Of a stretch of 64,000 nt of DNA, positions 35,269 through 48,507 are shown one piece after another. Source of the stretch: Escherichia coli (GTDB lineage Bacteria > Pseudomonadota > Gammaproteobacteria > Enterobacterales > Enterobacteriaceae); the NCBI RefSeq assembly GCF_002854065.1, contig NZ_CP024147.1; one strand, given 5' to 3'. Position numbers and translations under genes: made by a program. Under the pieces are notes generated by a model. The model saw only the letters and a program-made list of their open reading frames with translations, did no database searches and was not told where the DNA came from. Numbering within the stretch: the first letter of the stretch is position 1; every line of letters starts with the position of its first letter.

Positions 35269-35556
35269 TTGGTTGTTCCTTTCACGTAACGTTCACAAAT
35301 AAAGTGTGTGGGCAACAGCCCCTGCCCACAACGTGGCGCACATTATTACCTTGCCGGAGTCTACAGACTTTGAGCAAGTCCAAACTCTCACCATTAATAT
35401 AATGTTTTGGTAATAATCCTATAACACTGATGTTACCTGCTTAATCCAGCAATACCATGCCTGTCTGCTATGCTTTTTTGATGCGTTTAGCGAAATTTCT
35501 CAGAAGTGTGAATTAACGCACTCATCTAACACTTTACTTTTCAAGGAGTATTTCCT

Positions 35557-36507
35557 ATGAACGAGTTAGACGGCATCAAACAGTTCACCACTGTCGTGGC
35601 AGACAGCGGCGATATTGAGTCCATTCGCCATTATCATCCTCAGGATGCCACCACCAATCCTTCGCTGTTGCTCAAGGCTGCCGGATTATCACAATATGAG
35701 CATTTAATAGACGATGCTATCGCCTGGGGTAAAAAAAATGGCAAGACCCAGGAACAACAGGTGGTCGCAGCGTGTGACAAACTGGCGGTCAATTTCGGTG
35801 CTGAAATCCTCAAAATCGTACCCGGTCGCGTGTCAACAGAAGTTGATGCACGCCTCTCTTTTGATAAAGAAAAGAGTATTGAGAAGGCGCGCCATCTGGT
35901 GGACTTGTATCAGCAACAAGGCGTTGAGAAATCACGCATTCTGATCAAGCTGGCTTCGACCTGGGAAGGAATTCGCGCGGCAGAAGAGTTGGAAAAAGAA
36001 GGTATTAACTGCAACCTGACGCTGCTGTTTTCTTTTGCACAGGCCCGGGCCTGTGCGGAAGCAGGCGTTTTTCTGATTTCGCCGTTTGTCGGGCGTATTT
36101 ATGACTGGTATCAGGCACGCAAGCCGATGGACCCGTATGTGGTGGAAGAAGATCCAGGCGTTAAATCGGTGCGCAATATCTACGACTACTATAAGCAACA
36201 CCACTATGAAACCATTGTGATGGGCGCGAGCTTCCGTCGCACCGAACAAATCCTCGCCTTAACCGGCTGCGATCGACTAACTATCGCACCGAATTTGCTG
36301 AAGGAGCTGCAGGAAAAAGTTTCGCCAGTGGTACGTAAATTAATCCCACCTTCTCAGACGTTCCCACGCCCAGCTCCCATGAGCGAAGCGGAGTTCCGTT
36401 GGGAGCACAATCAGGATGCGATGGCGGTAGAAAAACTGTCTGAAGGCATTCGTCTGTTCGCCGTTGATCAACGCAAACTGGAAGATCTTCTTGCCGCCAA
36501 ACTATAA
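35557..36507 (+). CDS. talA: Transaldolase A
   Basis: 316-aa transaldolase directly upstream of tktB. Confidence 0.9.
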   Translation: MNELDGIKQFTTVVADSGDIESIRHYHPQDATTNPSLLLKAAGLSQYEHLIDDAIAWGKKNGKTQEQQVVAACDKLAVNFGAEILKIVPGRVSTEVDARLSFDKEKSIEKARHLVDLYQQQGVEKSRILIKLASTWEGIRAAEELEKEGINCNLTLLFSFAQARACAEAGVFLISPFVGRIYDWYQARKPMDPYVVEEDPGVKSVRNIYDYYKQHHYETIVMGASFRRTEQILALTGCDRLTIAPNLLKELQEKVSPVVRKLIPPSQTFPRPAPMSEAEFRWEHNQDAMAVEKLSEGIRLFAVDQRKLEDLLAAKL

Positions 36508-36526
36508 ACCAGCCACGGAGTGTTAT

Positions 36527-38530
36527 ATGTCCCGAAAAGACCTTGCCAATGCGATTCGCGCACTCAGTATGGATGCGGTACAAAAAGCCAATTCTGGTCA
36601 TCCCGGCGCGCCGATGGGCATGGCTGATATTGCCGAAGTGCTGTGGAACGATTTTCTTAAACATAACCCTACCGACCCAACCTGGTATGATCGCGACCGC
36701 TTTATTCTTTCCAACGGTCACGCGTCGATGCTGCTCTACAGTTTGCTACATCTGACCGGTTACGACCTGCCGCTGGAAGAGCTGAAGAACTTTCGTCAAC
36801 TGCATTCGAAAACCCCTGGCCACCCGGAAATCGGCTATACGCCCGGAGTTGAAACCACCACCGGTCCTCTTGGACAAGGTTTGGCGAACGCCGTCGGGCT
36901 GGCGATAGCGGAACGTACACTGGCGGCGCAGTTTAACCAGCCGGATCATGAAATTGTCGATCACTTCACCTATGTGTTTATGGGCGACGGCTGCCTGATG
37001 GAAGGTATTTCCCACGAAGTCTGTTCGCTGGCGGGCACGCTGGGACTGGGCAAGCTGATTGGTTTTTACGATCACAACGGTATTTCGATTGATGGAGAAA
37101 CCGAAGGCTGGTTTACCGACGATACGGCAAAACGTTTTGAAGCCTATCACTGGCATGTGATCCATGAAATCGACGGTCACGATCCGCAGGCGGTGAAGGA
37201 AGCGATCCTTGAAGCGCAAAGCGTGAAAGATAAGCCGTCGCTGATTATCTGTCGTACGGTGATTGGCTTTGGATCGCCGAATAAAGCAGGTAAGGAAGAG
37301 GCGCACGGCGCACCGCTGGGGGAAGAAGAAGTGGCGCTGGCACGGCAAAAACTGGGCTGGCACCATCCGCCATTTGAGATCCCTAAAGAGATTTATCACG
37401 CCTGGGATGCCCGCGAAAAAGGCGAAAAAGCGCAGCAGAGCTGGAATGAGAAGTTTGCCGCCTATAAAAAGGCTCATCCGCAACTGGCAGAAGAGTTTAT
37501 CCGTCGGATGAGCGGTGGTTTACCGAAGGACTGGGAGAAAACGACTCAGAAATATATCAATGAGTTACAGGCAAATCCGGCGAAAATCGCTACCCGTAAG
37601 GCTTCGCAAAATACGCTTAACGCTTACGGGCCGATACTACCGGAGCTGCTCGGCGGTTCGGCGGATCTGGCGCCCAGCAACCTGACCATCTGGAAAGGTT
37701 CTGTTTCGCTGAAGGAAGATCCGGCGGGCAACTACATTCACTACGGGGTGCGTGAATTTGGCATGACCGCTATCGCCAATGGCATTGCGCACCACGGTGG
37801 CTTTGTGCCGTATACCGCGACGTTCCTGATGTTTGTTGAATACGCCCGTAACGCCGCGCGGATGGCGGCACTGATGAAAGCGCGGCAGATTATGGTTTAT
37901 ACCCACGACTCAATTGGCCTAGGCGAAGATGGTCCGACGCACCAGGCTGTTGAGCAACTGGCCAGCCTGCGCTTAACGCCAAATTTCAGCACCTGGCGAC
38001 CGTGCGATCAGGTGGAAGCGGCGGTAGGCTGGAAGCTGGCGGTTGAGCGCCACAACGGACCGACGGCACTGATTCTCTCCAGGCAGAATCTGGCCCAGGT
38101 GGAACGTACGCCGGATCAGGTTAAAGAGATTGCTCGTGGCGGTTATGTGCTGAAAGACAGCGGCGGTAAGCCAGATATTATTTTGATTGCCACCGGTTCA
38201 GAGATGGAAATCACCCTGCAAGCGGCAGAGAAATTAGCGGGAGAAGGTCGCAATGTTCGCGTAGTTTCCCTGCCCTCGACCGATATTTTCGACGCCCAGG
38301 ATGAGGAATATCGGGAGTCGGTGTTGCCTTCTAACGTTGCGGCTCGCGTGGCGGTGGAAGCAGGTATTGCCGATTACTGGTACAAGTATGTTGGTCTGAA
38401 AGGGGCAATTGTCGGGATGACGGGTTATGGGGAATCTGCTCCGGCGGATAAGCTGTTCCCGTTCTTTGGCTTTACCGCCGAGAATATTGTGGCAAAAGCG
38501 CATAAGGTGCTGGGAGTAAAAGGTGCCTGA
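36527..38530 (+). CDS. tktB: Transketolase 2
   Basis: Thiamine-diphosphate transketolase family; start refined to ATG at 36527 ([18 protein letters not shown]). Confidence 0.9.
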   Translation: MSRKDLANAIRALSMDAVQKANSGHPGAPMGMADIAEVLWNDFLKHNPTDPTWYDRDRFILSNGHASMLLYSLLHLTGYDLPLEELKNFRQLHSKTPGHPEIGYTPGVETTTGPLGQGLANAVGLAIAERTLAAQFNQPDHEIVDHFTYVFMGDGCLMEGISHEVCSLAGTLGLGKLIGFYDHNGISIDGETEGWFTDDTAKRFEAYHWHVIHEIDGHDPQAVKEAILEAQSVKDKPSLIICRTVIGFGSPNKAGKEEAHGAPLGEEEVALARQKLGWHHPPFEIPKEIYHAWDAREKGEKAQQSWNEKFAAYKKAHPQLAEEFIRRMSGGLPKDWEKTTQKYINELQANPAKIATRKASQNTLNAYGPILPELLGGSADLAPSNLTIWKGSVSLKEDPAGNYIHYGVREFGMTAIANGIAHHGGFVPYTATFLMFVEYARNAARMAALMKARQIMVYTHDSIGLGEDGPTHQAVEQLASLRLTPNFSTWRPCDQVEAAVGWKLAVERHNGPTALILSRQNLAQVERTPDQVKEIARGGYVLKDSGGKPDIILIATGSEMEITLQAAEKLAGEGRNVRVVSLPSTDIFDAQDEEYRESVLPSNVAARVAVEAGIADYWYKYVGLKGAIVGMTGYGESAPADKLFPFFGFTAENIVAKAHKVLGVKGA

Positions 38531-38610
38531 TGGTGATCGCCGGATGCTGATTGCCGGATGCGACGCTGACGCGTCTTATCCGGCCTACAGCGTCTTATCC
38601 GGCCTACATG
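38531..38610. repeat. Cluster of REP elements (BIME-like) downstream of tktB
   Basis: gccggatgcgacgctgacgcgtcttatccggcctaca followed by a second gcgtcttatccggcctaca copy. Confidence 0.65.
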
Positions 38611-38624
38611 TCCCGCCATTTTGT

Positions 38625-39668
38625 TTAACGGGTGATCCACAACGTGGGCCAGGCGTCTGGCCCATGCCAGTTATCGCAGGTGGGCTCTGCGGCGTAACGC
38701 ACCAGGCGAAAACGCTGACCGTCAAAGCGCCAGCGCGCCTGAATGCCACAATCGCTTAATCCGCGCCCTTTCGCTAAGGTCACCAGTTCACGCGATTTCT
38801 CATCAAATGTTGCGTTCATCAGTTCCAGTTCATTCGTCTCCTGCCCGTTGTTGAACGGCAAACGCAACCGAACCGGACGCGAGGCCAGTGGCTTTTTACG
38901 CGACACAATCCATGCCAAATCAATGGTGTTATAGGCCCCTGCCTCACAGCTAATCATCATCAGCGCTTTATCATCAGTCAGCGCAGTGACATTCACCTCA
39001 CGACGTAACGGATCAAGCGAGCAGCGCAGACCATTCATCCGCCAGTTTCCATAATCCAGCAAATCGTTGCGTTCTTCGAGTGAGAGTGGCGTCGGCGTTG
39101 GGTTAACCACCGCGACCTCTTTCAGCGCAGGCGCGGGCGGTACGCTGAGCGGCGGTTCGTCCCCTTTCTTTATCCACGCGGTTTCACTGCCAACGCGCTT
39201 TTGCTGAGCATCAATAAACAACAACGCCGCTTTTAAGCCACTCAGAGAAATGGTCTGATTGCCGTCGCGTAAGGTGATCGCCTTCCCTTCCTGAATCATC
39301 TGCAAAAACGCGGTGATGGTTGCCGTATCATCGGTTACTAGTAACCATGGTGAAATCCGCCACTTGTCACCACTTAACGCCAACGGCTCACCATCTAACA
39401 GCAGCCGTGGCGCAATTTCCCCTTCAGACGCATCCGGCGACTTCAACCCGCCGCGCTCAATACGTAAAACGGCATCGGTATGCGCCCCGGCGCTGCGGCT
39501 CAGGGTCATCACCAGTCCATTATGATCGCCCGTATTACGCGCCACGCAGAAGTTTTGGTTATTACAGGTGACCTGCCAGTCGGAAAACGCCCGTTGCGCT
39601 GGTGCCGCCCACACCAAAGACGTCGGCAACAAAGCGAAAAAAAAGAGAAGGAAAATGCGATAGCGCAT
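38625..39668 (-). CDS. ypfG: Periplasmic hypothetical protein YpfG
   Basis: 347-aa ORF with signal peptide (MRYRIFLLFFFALLPTSLVWA); synteny. Confidence 0.8.
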   Translation of the reverse strand: MRYRIFLLFFFALLPTSLVWAAPAQRAFSDWQVTCNNQNFCVARNTGDHNGLVMTLSRSAGAHTDAVLRIERGGLKSPDASEGEIAPRLLLDGEPLALSGDKWRISPWLLVTDDTATITAFLQMIQEGKAITLRDGNQTISLSGLKAALLFIDAQQKRVGSETAWIKKGDEPPLSVPPAPALKEVAVVNPTPTPLSLEERNDLLDYGNWRMNGLRCSLDPLRREVNVTALTDDKALMMISCEAGAYNTIDLAWIVSRKKPLASRPVRLRLPFNNGQETNELELMNATFDEKSRELVTLAKGRGLSDCGIQARWRFDGQRFRLVRYAAEPTCDNWHGPDAWPTLWITR

Positions 39669-39793
39669 GGACGGTACGACCCCAGAAGTTCAAACAAACA
39701 GCACAAGTCGTATCTTCGTTGCGCAGGTAGCGCGGCTCAATCGGATTTGTCGGATTGAGCCAACAATAAACAACGAAATATTATTGTTATTTT

Positions 39794-40369
39794 TCAGTCC
39801 ATTAAATGTGACGTTTGCAAATAGTTAAGCAATAACACCGTCTTACCGTCACGTATCTCGCCGGTTTTGATCATCTCCAGCGCCTGGCTGAACGACAGCT
39901 CGAGCACTTCAATATCTTCATCTTCGACACCGCCACCGGCGTTAGCGCGCTGATTGTCACTGTATTCGGCGATAAAAAAGTGGATTAGCTCAGTCACACC
40001 GCCTGGCGACATATACAGTTCAAATAATTTGCGCACTTCACCCACTTCATAGCCCGTCTCTTCAATCGCTTCTTTGCGAATGCACACTTCCGGTTCGTCG
40101 TTATCCAGCAGCCCGGCGCAGGTTTCAATCAGCTGCCCGCTTTCATTGCCATTAACCCAAGTAGCGACACGGAACTGACGAATCAGAACCACGGTCTTTT
40201 TCTTCGCGTTGTACAGGAGGATCGTCGCACCATTACCGCGATCGTAAACTTCACGTTTATGGCGGATAACTTCGCCATCTTTGCGCGTGAGATCGTAAGT
40301 AATGTTGTGCAGGGTGAAATAGTTATCGGAGAGAATTTTGTCTTTAATGAGGGTGATTTGTTGCGTCAT
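39794..40369 (-). CDS. nudK: GDP-mannose pyrophosphatase (Nudix hydrolase)
   Basis: Nudix box ([13 protein letters not shown]); start refined to ATG at 40367-40369 ([11 protein letters not shown]). Confidence 0.85.
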   Translation of the reverse strand: MTQQITLIKDKILSDNYFTLHNITYDLTRKDGEVIRHKREVYDRGNGATILLYNAKKKTVVLIRQFRVATWVNGNESGQLIETCAGLLDNDEPEVCIRKEAIEETGYEVGEVRKLFELYMSPGGVTELIHFFIAEYSDNQRANAGGGVEDEDIEVLELSFSQALEMIKTGEIRDGKTVLLLNYLQTSHLMD

Positions 40370-40436
40370 ACCGACTCCACAGCGCGAAATGAACAATTAT
40401 CTTACGCTGTGAAGTCGGGTTTGTCTGCGCAGGCTA

Positions 40437-42416
40437 TCAGTGAGATTTGACTGATTTTACCCCCAGCCAGTCAATAATCCCCTGTGCCGCATGACGTCCT
40501 TCTGCCATTGCGGTAACCACCAGATCCGCACCACGCACGGCGTCGCCACCGGCGAAGATTTTCGGATTGGTGGTCTGGTAACGGTACTGGCTTTCCACAT
40601 CCGCGATGATGCGGCCCCATTTGTCTACCGTTACACCGTGCGACTCCAGCCACGGCATCCCGTGCGGATTGAAGCCAAACGCCATAATCACCGCGTCGGC
40701 TGGCATGACAAATTCACTGCCTTCCACCGGTACTGGACGCCGACGCCCCTGGGCATCCGGCTCGCCAAGACGCGTACGCAGGAAACGAATCCCGCAAACG
40801 TGACCTTGTTCATTCAGCTCAAGCGCCACCGGCTGGACGTTAAATTCGAAGTTGGCCCCCTCTTCGCGGGCGTTCTTCACCTCTTTCTTCGAGCCTGGCA
40901 TGTTAGCTTCATCACGACGATAAGCGCAGGTGACGTTACTCGCGCCGTGGCGCAGCGCAGTACGCACACAGTCCATCGCGGTGTCGCCGCCGCCCAGTAC
41001 CACGACGTTAAGTCCGGCGGTATTGATAAACGGCTCTTCCGGTAGCTCTTCGAGCCCCATCACCTGTTTAGTGTTGGCGATGAGGAACGGCAGCGCGTCA
41101 TAAACGCCCGGCGCATCTTCATTGGGTAAACCCGCTTTCATGGAACGGTAAGTGCCTACGCCAACGAAGACCGCGTCGTATTGTTCCAAAAGCGAATCCA
41201 AAGAGACATCTTTACCCACTTCACAATTGAGTTCGAAGTGAATCCCCATCGCGCTGAAGATTTCCCGACGGCGTGCCAGCAGGGATTTATCCAGTTTGAA
41301 AGAAGGAATGCCGAAAGTGAGCAAGCCACCGATTTCTGGATGGCGATCATACACCGTCACCGCCACGCCATTGCGGGTCAGAACATCCGCACAGGCCAGC
41401 CCTGCCGGACCTGCACCGATAATCGCCACCCGCTTGTCCACTTTGGTGACATGGCTTAAGTCAGGGCGCCAACCTTTCGCCAACGCCTGATCTGAAATGT
41501 AGCGTTCAATGTTGCCGATAGTTACCGCACCGTGCTCATCGCGAATAGTACAGGCACCTTCACACAAACGGTCTTGCGGACAAACGCGTCCGGTAATTTC
41601 CGGCAGGGTGTTGGTCAGGTGAGAAAGCTCGACGGCGGCGTCGATGTTTCCGGCTTTCACCAGTTCAATCCACTGCGGTATATGGTTATGCAGCGGGCAG
41701 GTCCATTCACAAACGCTGTGCTCGCCGCATTTAAGGCAGCGCGAGGCTTCCCGTTGTGCCTGATCGGCACGGAATGGCAGATAAATTTCATCAAAACTGG
41801 TTTTGCGCGCTTCAATCGCCAGTTTATCCGGCTCGCCACGCGCGGGCGTTGCCTGCATTTGTTCGACTTTACTCATTACCGGCATTTCTTGTGCAGCGGT
41901 ACTGGCATGCCACGGTTGATGTTCCTGACGTGCGGTACGCAAGCGGCGGGATTTCGCCATGCCTGAGAGTGCGGCGTCAGTGACCAGCTGCAGCGCGTCC
42001 GCCGGGCAATTCTCGACACAGGCAGGACCGTTTTCGCGCCCTGCACAAAGGTCGCATTTATGCGCCGTGGCTTTAACCTTGCCCGCTGCGACGGGTGTCA
42101 GGACGATTTGCATCGTACCAAACGGACAGGCCACCACGCAGGATTTACAGCCAATACACTTTTGCTGATTGACCTGAATGCTGTCATCAACGTGGCTGAT
42201 TGCGCCATTAGGGCAGCTACGGGCGCAGGGCGCATCTTCACAATGGTGACAGGTCACTGCACTACGTTGCTGCTGATGTTTGATAACCGTAATTCGGGGA
42301 TGAAAATGATGTTGGCTCAGGACATGTTGCTCATCATTGTGAGCCATGACACAAGCGATTTCACAAGCATGACAACCCAGACATTGCTGACTGTTGGCCA
42401 TAATAAAACGATTCAT
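40437..42416 (-). CDS. aegA: Putative Fe-S oxidoreductase AegA (glutamate synthase small-subunit-like)
   Basis: 659-aa ORF with N-terminal 4Fe-4S ferredoxin cysteine clusters and C-terminal FAD/NAD(P)-binding domain. Confidence 0.85.
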   Translation of the reverse strand: MNRFIMANSQQCLGCHACEIACVMAHNDEQHVLSQHHFHPRITVIKHQQQRSAVTCHHCEDAPCARSCPNGAISHVDDSIQVNQQKCIGCKSCVVACPFGTMQIVLTPVAAGKVKATAHKCDLCAGRENGPACVENCPADALQLVTDAALSGMAKSRRLRTARQEHQPWHASTAAQEMPVMSKVEQMQATPARGEPDKLAIEARKTSFDEIYLPFRADQAQREASRCLKCGEHSVCEWTCPLHNHIPQWIELVKAGNIDAAVELSHLTNTLPEITGRVCPQDRLCEGACTIRDEHGAVTIGNIERYISDQALAKGWRPDLSHVTKVDKRVAIIGAGPAGLACADVLTRNGVAVTVYDRHPEIGGLLTFGIPSFKLDKSLLARRREIFSAMGIHFELNCEVGKDVSLDSLLEQYDAVFVGVGTYRSMKAGLPNEDAPGVYDALPFLIANTKQVMGLEELPEEPFINTAGLNVVVLGGGDTAMDCVRTALRHGASNVTCAYRRDEANMPGSKKEVKNAREEGANFEFNVQPVALELNEQGHVCGIRFLRTRLGEPDAQGRRRPVPVEGSEFVMPADAVIMAFGFNPHGMPWLESHGVTVDKWGRIIADVESQYRYQTTNPKIFAGGDAVRGADLVVTAMAEGRHAAQGIIDWLGVKSVKSH

Positions 42417-42621
42417 AACGACCTTCTTTTTTGGTTGTAAAAACCTTATTCTTTATATGAGTGTTGTTATTACCCGACTTACAGGGGAATCGGCAATGTT
42501 CATGTGCCCAGAATAAGTAACTATTTCGCTATAAACTGTGGCAGATCAAATAATCCCATCATTGACTAAATTGCGTTTCAGCGAACTGGAACATTAATGA
42601 TTTTTTGTGGAGAAGACGCGT

Positions 42622-44322
42622 GTGATTGTTAAACGACCCGTCTCGGCCAGTCTGGCCCGGGCCTTTTTTTACATTGTGCTGCTGTCGATTCTTTCCACGG
42701 GTATCGCTCTGCTAACTCTGGCGAGCAGTTTGCGCGACGCTGAGGCTATCAATATTGCCGGATCGCTGCGTATGCAGAGTTACCGCCTGGGCTACGACTT
42801 GCAAAGTGGCAGTCCACAACTCAATGCACATCGCCAGTTATTTCAGCAGGCACTGCATTCACCGGTATTAACCAACCTCAACGTCTGGTATGTGCCAGAG
42901 GCAGTAAAAACTCGCTATGCGCATCTGAATGCTAACTGGCTGGAGATGAATAATCGTCTCAGCAAGGGCGACTTGCCGTGGTATCAGGCCAATATTAATA
43001 ACTATGTTAATCAGATAGACCTGTTCGTGCTGGCTTTACAGCACTACGCTGAACGCAAAATGCTGCTGGTGGTGGCGATTTCCCTGGCTGGCGGCATCGG
43101 TATTTTCACGCTGGTCTTTTTTACTTTGCGCCGCATACGCCATCAGGTGGTTGCCCCGCTGAATCAGCTGGTTACCGCCAGTCAGCGTATTGAACACGGA
43201 CAGTTCGACTCGCCACCGCTGGATACCAGCCTGCCGAATGAGCTTGGCCTGCTTGCAAAAACCTTTAACCAGATGTCGAGCGAGCTGCATAAATTGTACC
43301 GTTCGCTGGAGGCGTCAGTAGAAGAAAAGACCCGCGATCTCCACGAGGCCAAGCGTCGTCTGGAGGTGTTGTATCAATGTTCGCAGGCGCTGAACACCAG
43401 CCAGATTGATGTGCATTGTTTCCGCCATATTTTGCAGATTGTTCGCGACAATGAAGCGGCTGAATATCTGGAGTTAAATGTCGGTGAAAACTGGCGGATT
43501 AGCGAAGGGCAACCAAACCCGGAATTGCCGATGCAGATTTTACCGGTGACAATGCAAGAGACGGTTTACGGCGAACTGCACTGGCAAAATAGTCACGTTT
43601 CATCATCAGAACCGCTGCTTAACAGCGTTTCGTCGATGCTGGGACGCGGTTTGTACTTTAATCAGGCGCAGAAGCATTTTCAGCAGTTATTGTTGATGGA
43701 AGAACGTGCAACCATCGCCCGCGAATTGCACGACTCGCTGGCTCAGGTACTTTCTTACTTACGTATCCAGTTGACGTTACTTAAGCGTTCGATACCGGAA
43801 GATAACGCCACCGCACAAAGTATCATGGCCGATTTTTCCCAGGCGTTGAATGATGCTTATCGGCAGTTACGCGAGCTGTTGACTACTTTTCGCCTGACGC
43901 TGCAGCAGGCGGATCTCCCCTCCGCGTTGAGGGAAATGCTGGATACGTTACAAAATCAAACCAGCGCCAAACTGACCCTCGACTGCCGTCTGCCAACCCT
44001 GGCACTGGATGCGCAAATGCAGGTGCATTTGTTGCAAATTATTCGCGAAGCGGTGCTGAATGCGATGAAGCACGCCAACGCCAGCGAAATCGCCGTCAGT
44101 TGCGTCACCGCGCCGGACGGCAATCACACGGTTTATATCCGTGATAACGGGATTGGTATCGGTGAACCGAAAGAACCCGAAGGTCATTATGGTCTGAATA
44201 TCATGCGCGAACGCGCGGAACGGCTAGGTGGGACGCTGACTTTTTCACAACCTTCCGGCGGCGGTACGTTAGTGAGTATTAGCTTTCGCTCTGCGGAGGG
44301 TGAGGAAAGTCAGTTAATGTAA
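42622..44322 (+). CDS. narQ: Nitrate/nitrite sensor histidine kinase
   Basis: Two TM segments, HAMP region and histidine-kinase core; start set at in-frame GTG (VIVKRPVSASL) 15 nt inside the track ORF. Confidence 0.9.
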   Translation: MIVKRPVSASLARAFFYIVLLSILSTGIALLTLASSLRDAEAINIAGSLRMQSYRLGYDLQSGSPQLNAHRQLFQQALHSPVLTNLNVWYVPEAVKTRYAHLNANWLEMNNRLSKGDLPWYQANINNYVNQIDLFVLALQHYAERKMLLVVAISLAGGIGIFTLVFFTLRRIRHQVVAPLNQLVTASQRIEHGQFDSPPLDTSLPNELGLLAKTFNQMSSELHKLYRSLEASVEEKTRDLHEAKRRLEVLYQCSQALNTSQIDVHCFRHILQIVRDNEAAEYLELNVGENWRISEGQPNPELPMQILPVTMQETVYGELHWQNSHVSSSEPLLNSVSSMLGRGLYFNQAQKHFQQLLLMEERATIARELHDSLAQVLSYLRIQLTLLKRSIPEDNATAQSIMADFSQALNDAYRQLRELLTTFRLTLQQADLPSALREMLDTLQNQTSAKLTLDCRLPTLALDAQMQVHLLQIIREAVLNAMKHANASEIAVSCVTAPDGNHTVYIRDNGIGIGEPKEPEGHYGLNIMRERAERLGGTLTFSQPSGGGTLVSISFRSAEGEESQLM

Positions 44323-44485
44323 TGCCTCCTACTGACCAAAGAATGCTTGCACTTAAGGTTCAGTATAAAAGGGCATGATAATTTACATTAACTCCTTTTT
44401 TTCTCCACGATTGGCTCGTACCTTGCCGCTACAGTGAAGCAAGTCAAGCCTACAACGATACGCAGAAACACGAGGTCCTCTTTTA

Positions 44486-47400
44486 ATGGCGAATTTCTTT
44501 ATTGATCGCCCCATTTTTGCCTGGGTGCTGGCAATCCTGTTGTGTCTGACAGGTACCCTGGCGATTTTTTCATTGCCCGTTGAACAATACCCCGATCTCG
44601 CGCCACCGAATGTGCGAGTGACCGCTAACTATCCCGGCGCATCGGCCCAGACGCTGGAAAACACCGTGACCCAGGTTATCGAGCAAAATATGACTGGCCT
44701 CGATAATCTCATGTATATGTCATCTCAGAGCAGTGGCACCGGTCAGGCATCTGTCACTTTAAGTTTTAAAGCAGGCACCGATCCGGACGAAGCCGTGCAG
44801 CAAGTACAAAACCAGCTGCAATCAGCCATGCGAAAGTTACCGCAGGCGGTGCAAAATCAGGGCGTGACGGTGCGTAAAACCGGCGATACCAACATTCTGA
44901 CCATTGCCTTCGTCTCTACCGATGGTTCGATGGATAAACAGGATATTGCTGATTATGTTGCCAGTAATATTCAGGACCCGTTAAGCCGCGTGAATGGCGT
45001 CGGGGATATCGATGCCTATGGTTCGCAATATTCCATGCGTATCTGGCTGGACCCGGCGAAACTCAACAGTTTCCAGATGACGGCTAAAGATGTCACTGAT
45101 GCCATTGAGTCACAGAACGCGCAGATTGCGGTTGGGCAACTTGGGGGTACACCTTCCGTCGATAAGCAGGCGCTCAACGCCACCATTAACGCCCAGTCAC
45201 TGCTGCAAACACCAGAACAGTTCCGCGATATCACCTTGCGGGTGAATCAGGACGGCTCAGAGGTAAGGCTGGGCGATGTCGCCACCGTCGAAATGGGGGC
45301 GGAGAAATACGATTATCTTAGCCGCTTCAATGGTAAGCCAGCCTCCGGGCTGGGGGTAAAACTGGCCTCCGGCGCTAACGAAATGGCGACAGCGGAGCTG
45401 GTGCTCAATCGTCTCGACGAGCTGGCGCAGTATTTCCCGCATGGACTGGAATACAAGGTGGCGTATGAAACCACCTCGTTTGTTAAAGCCTCCATTGAAG
45501 ACGTGGTGAAAACGCTGCTGGAAGCTATCGCTCTGGTTTTCCTCGTTATGTATCTGTTCCTGCAAAACTTCCGCGCCACGCTGATACCCACTATCGCCGT
45601 GCCGGTGGTGTTGATGGGAACCTTCTCCGTACTTTACGCCTTCGGTTACAGCGTCAACACCTTAACCATGTTCGCGATGGTGCTGGCGATCGGTCTGCTG
45701 GTGGATGACGCCATCGTGGTGGTGGAAAACGTCGAACGTATTATGAGTGAGGAAGGACTCACTCCTCGCGAAGCCACACGTAAATCGATGGGGCAGATCC
45801 AGGGGGCACTGGTCGGGATTGCGATGGTGCTTTCGGCGGTATTTGTACCAATGGCCTTCTTCGGCGGCACCACCGGTGCCATCTATCGCCAGTTCTCTAT
45901 TACCATTGTTGCGGCGATGGTGCTGTCAGTACTGGTAGCGATGATCCTCACTCCGGCTCTGTGTGCCACACTACTTAAGCCACTGAAAAAAGGTGAGCAT
46001 CACGGGCAAAAAGGCTTTTTTGCCTGGTTTAACCAGATGTTTAACCGCAACGCCGAACGCTTCGAAAAAGGGGTGGCGAAAATTCTCCACCGCAGCCTGC
46101 GCTGGATTGTGATTTATGTCCTGCTGCTTGGCGGCATGGTGTTCCTGTTCCTGCGTTTGCCGACGTCGTTCTTACCGCTGGAAGACCGTGGCATGTTTAC
46201 TACCTCGGTACAATTGCCCAGCGGTTCAACCCAACAACAGACCCTGAAAGTCGTTGAGCAAATCGAGAAATATTACTTCACCCATGAAAAAGACAACATC
46301 ATGTCGGTGTTTGCCACTGTTGGTTCTGGCCCTGGGGGTAACGGGCAAAACGTGGCGCGAATGTTTATCCGCCTGAAAGACTGGAGCGAACGCGACAGTA
46401 AGACCGGCACCTCATTTGCCATTATCGAGCGTGCAACGAAGGCGTTTAACAAGATTAAAGAAGCTCGCGTTATCGCCAGCAGCCCGCCAGCAATTAGCGG
46501 TCTTGGTAGTTCTGCGGGTTTTGATATGGAGTTGCAGGACCACGCTGGAGCAGGTCACGATGCGCTGATGGCAGCACGTAACCAGTTGCTGGCGCTGGCG
46601 GCGGAAAACCCGGAGCTAACCCGTGTGCGCCATAACGGCCTCGACGACAGTCCGCAGTTGCAGATTGATATCGACCAGCGTAAAGCTCAGGCGCTGGGCG
46701 TTGCTATCGACGATATTAACGACACACTGCAAACCGCCTGGGGTTCGAGCTATGTGAATGACTTTATGGATCGCGGTCGCGTGAAGAAAGTCTATGTGCA
46801 GGCAGCTGCGCCGTATCGCATGCTGCCAGATGACATCAATCTCTGGTATGTCCGAAATAAAGATGGCGGCATGGTGCCCTTCTCTGCTTTCGCGACCTCA
46901 CGCTGGGAGACAGGCTCGCCGCGTCTGGAACGCTATAACGGTTATTCTGCGGTTGAAATTGTTGGGGAAGCCGCACCGGGGGTCAGTACCGGTACGGCGA
47001 TGGATATTATGGAATCGTTAGTGAAGCAGCTGCCAAACGGCTTTGGTCTGGAGTGGACGGCGATGTCGTATCAGGAGCGGCTTTCCGGCGCGCAGGCTCC
47101 GGCGCTGTACGCCATTTCCTTGCTGGTGGTATTCCTGTGTCTGGCTGCATTGTATGAAAGCTGGTCGGTACCGTTCTCGGTAATGCTGGTCGTGCCGCTG
47201 GGGGTAATCGGCGCGCTGCTGGCAACCTGGATGCGCGGGCTGGAAAACGACGTTTACTTCCAGGTGGGCCTGTTAACGGTCATTGGTTTATCGGCGAAAA
47301 ACGCCATCCTGATCGTCGAGTTTGCTAACGAGATGAACCAAAAAGGCCACGACCTGTTTGAAGCAACGCTCCACGCCTGCCGTCAGCGTTTACGCCCGAT

Positions 47401-47599
47401 TCTGATGACCTCGCTGGCATTTATCTTCGGCGTATTGCCAATGGCAACCAGCACGGGTGCCGGTTCCGGTGGTCAGCATGCGGTGGGTACTGGCGTAATG
47501 GGCGGGATGATTTCAGCTACTATTCTGGCTATTTACTTCGTGCCGCTGTTCTTTGTGCTGGTGCGCCGCCGCTTCCCGCTGAAGCCGCGCCCGGAATAA
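44486..47599 (+). CDS. acrD: RND-family aminoglycoside efflux pump permease
   Basis: 1037-aa 12-TM RND transporter ([19 protein letters not shown]). Confidence 0.9.
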   Translation: MANFFIDRPIFAWVLAILLCLTGTLAIFSLPVEQYPDLAPPNVRVTANYPGASAQTLENTVTQVIEQNMTGLDNLMYMSSQSSGTGQASVTLSFKAGTDPDEAVQQVQNQLQSAMRKLPQAVQNQGVTVRKTGDTNILTIAFVSTDGSMDKQDIADYVASNIQDPLSRVNGVGDIDAYGSQYSMRIWLDPAKLNSFQMTAKDVTDAIESQNAQIAVGQLGGTPSVDKQALNATINAQSLLQTPEQFRDITLRVNQDGSEVRLGDVATVEMGAEKYDYLSRFNGKPASGLGVKLASGANEMATAELVLNRLDELAQYFPHGLEYKVAYETTSFVKASIEDVVKTLLEAIALVFLVMYLFLQNFRATLIPTIAVPVVLMGTFSVLYAFGYSVNTLTMFAMVLAIGLLVDDAIVVVENVERIMSEEGLTPREATRKSMGQIQGALVGIAMVLSAVFVPMAFFGGTTGAIYRQFSITIVAAMVLSVLVAMILTPALCATLLKPLKKGEHHGQKGFFAWFNQMFNRNAERFEKGVAKILHRSLRWIVIYVLLLGGMVFLFLRLPTSFLPLEDRGMFTTSVQLPSGSTQQQTLKVVEQIEKYYFTHEKDNIMSVFATVGSGPGGNGQNVARMFIRLKDWSERDSKTGTSFAIIERATKAFNKIKEARVIASSPPAISGLGSSAGFDMELQDHAGAGHDALMAARNQLLALAAENPELTRVRHNGLDDSPQLQIDIDQRKAQALGVAIDDINDTLQTAWGSSYVNDFMDRGRVKKVYVQAAAPYRMLPDDINLWYVRNKDGGMVPFSAFATSRWETGSPRLERYNGYSAVEIVGEAAPGVSTGTAMDIMESLVKQLPNGFGLEWTAMSYQERLSGAQAPALYAISLLVVFLCLAALYESWSVPFSVMLVVPLGVIGALLATWMRGLENDVYFQVGLLTVIGLSAKNAILIVEFANEMNQKGHDLFEATLHACRQRLRPILMTSLAFIFGVLPMATSTGAGSGGQHAVGTGVMGGMISATILAIYFVPLFFVLVRRRFPLKPRPE

Positions 47600-47602
47600 G
47601 CA

Positions 47603-47637
47603 ATAAAAAAGGCGACATGCTAATGTGTCGCCTTTTT
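47603..47637. terminator. Bidirectional Rho-independent terminator after acrD (also usable by ypfM on the opposite strand)
   Basis: A6 run, stem ggcgacat / tgtgtcgcc, T5 run. Confidence 0.6.
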
Positions 47638-47707
47638 CAACTTTTTTCAACTTTCCGATTAAGAACCTGCTCAGCGGGTTCTTGCTGTTTGTACTTTGTC
47701 TCAGGAA

Positions 47708-47767
47708 TTACTTACGAAGCATAACTTCGATAAAGTCTTTCCAGTTCCCCAGTTCACGTTCAATCAT
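47708..47767 (-). CDS. ypfM: 19-aa small protein YpfM
   Basis: Minus-strand mini-ORF translating to MIERELGNWKDFIEVMLRK, matching the recalled K-12 small protein; below the ORF-track size cutoff. Confidence 0.55.
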   Translation of the reverse strand: MIERELGNWKDFIEVMLRK

Positions 47768-48129
47768 AACAACCTCTCTTATAATTATGGGTATTCTACG
47801 GAAACAATATACCGTGGTGAAGCTAATTTACTCGATTGCTGCGATGACTACCTCCGGGGGACAAACCTTATGTAAATACTATGGTCCTGCGGTGATGATT
47901 TGTATGTGATACACAGCAACATTTCGAGATATTCATACGGCATCTAATACTGATTTAATTCTGGTTAAAATACAGACAGATAACAAGATGAATATTCTTA
48001 ATGTTTACGTTAAAAATGTTTAATATTATTTAATAGTTGTTAATTTGAATACTTCGATAATGTTATATTTCCTGATAATCATTTGCAGGCAAAATGTTTT
48101 CACTCTTAAATGAGTATTTATTCTCATAA

Positions 48130-48504
<375 letters not shown>

Positions 48505-48507
48505 TCT

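Noticed and set aside
36746-37483. 245-aa minus-strand ORF opposite tktB
   Set aside because: Antisense shadow ORF in transketolase; Arg/Phe-rich low-complexity translation.
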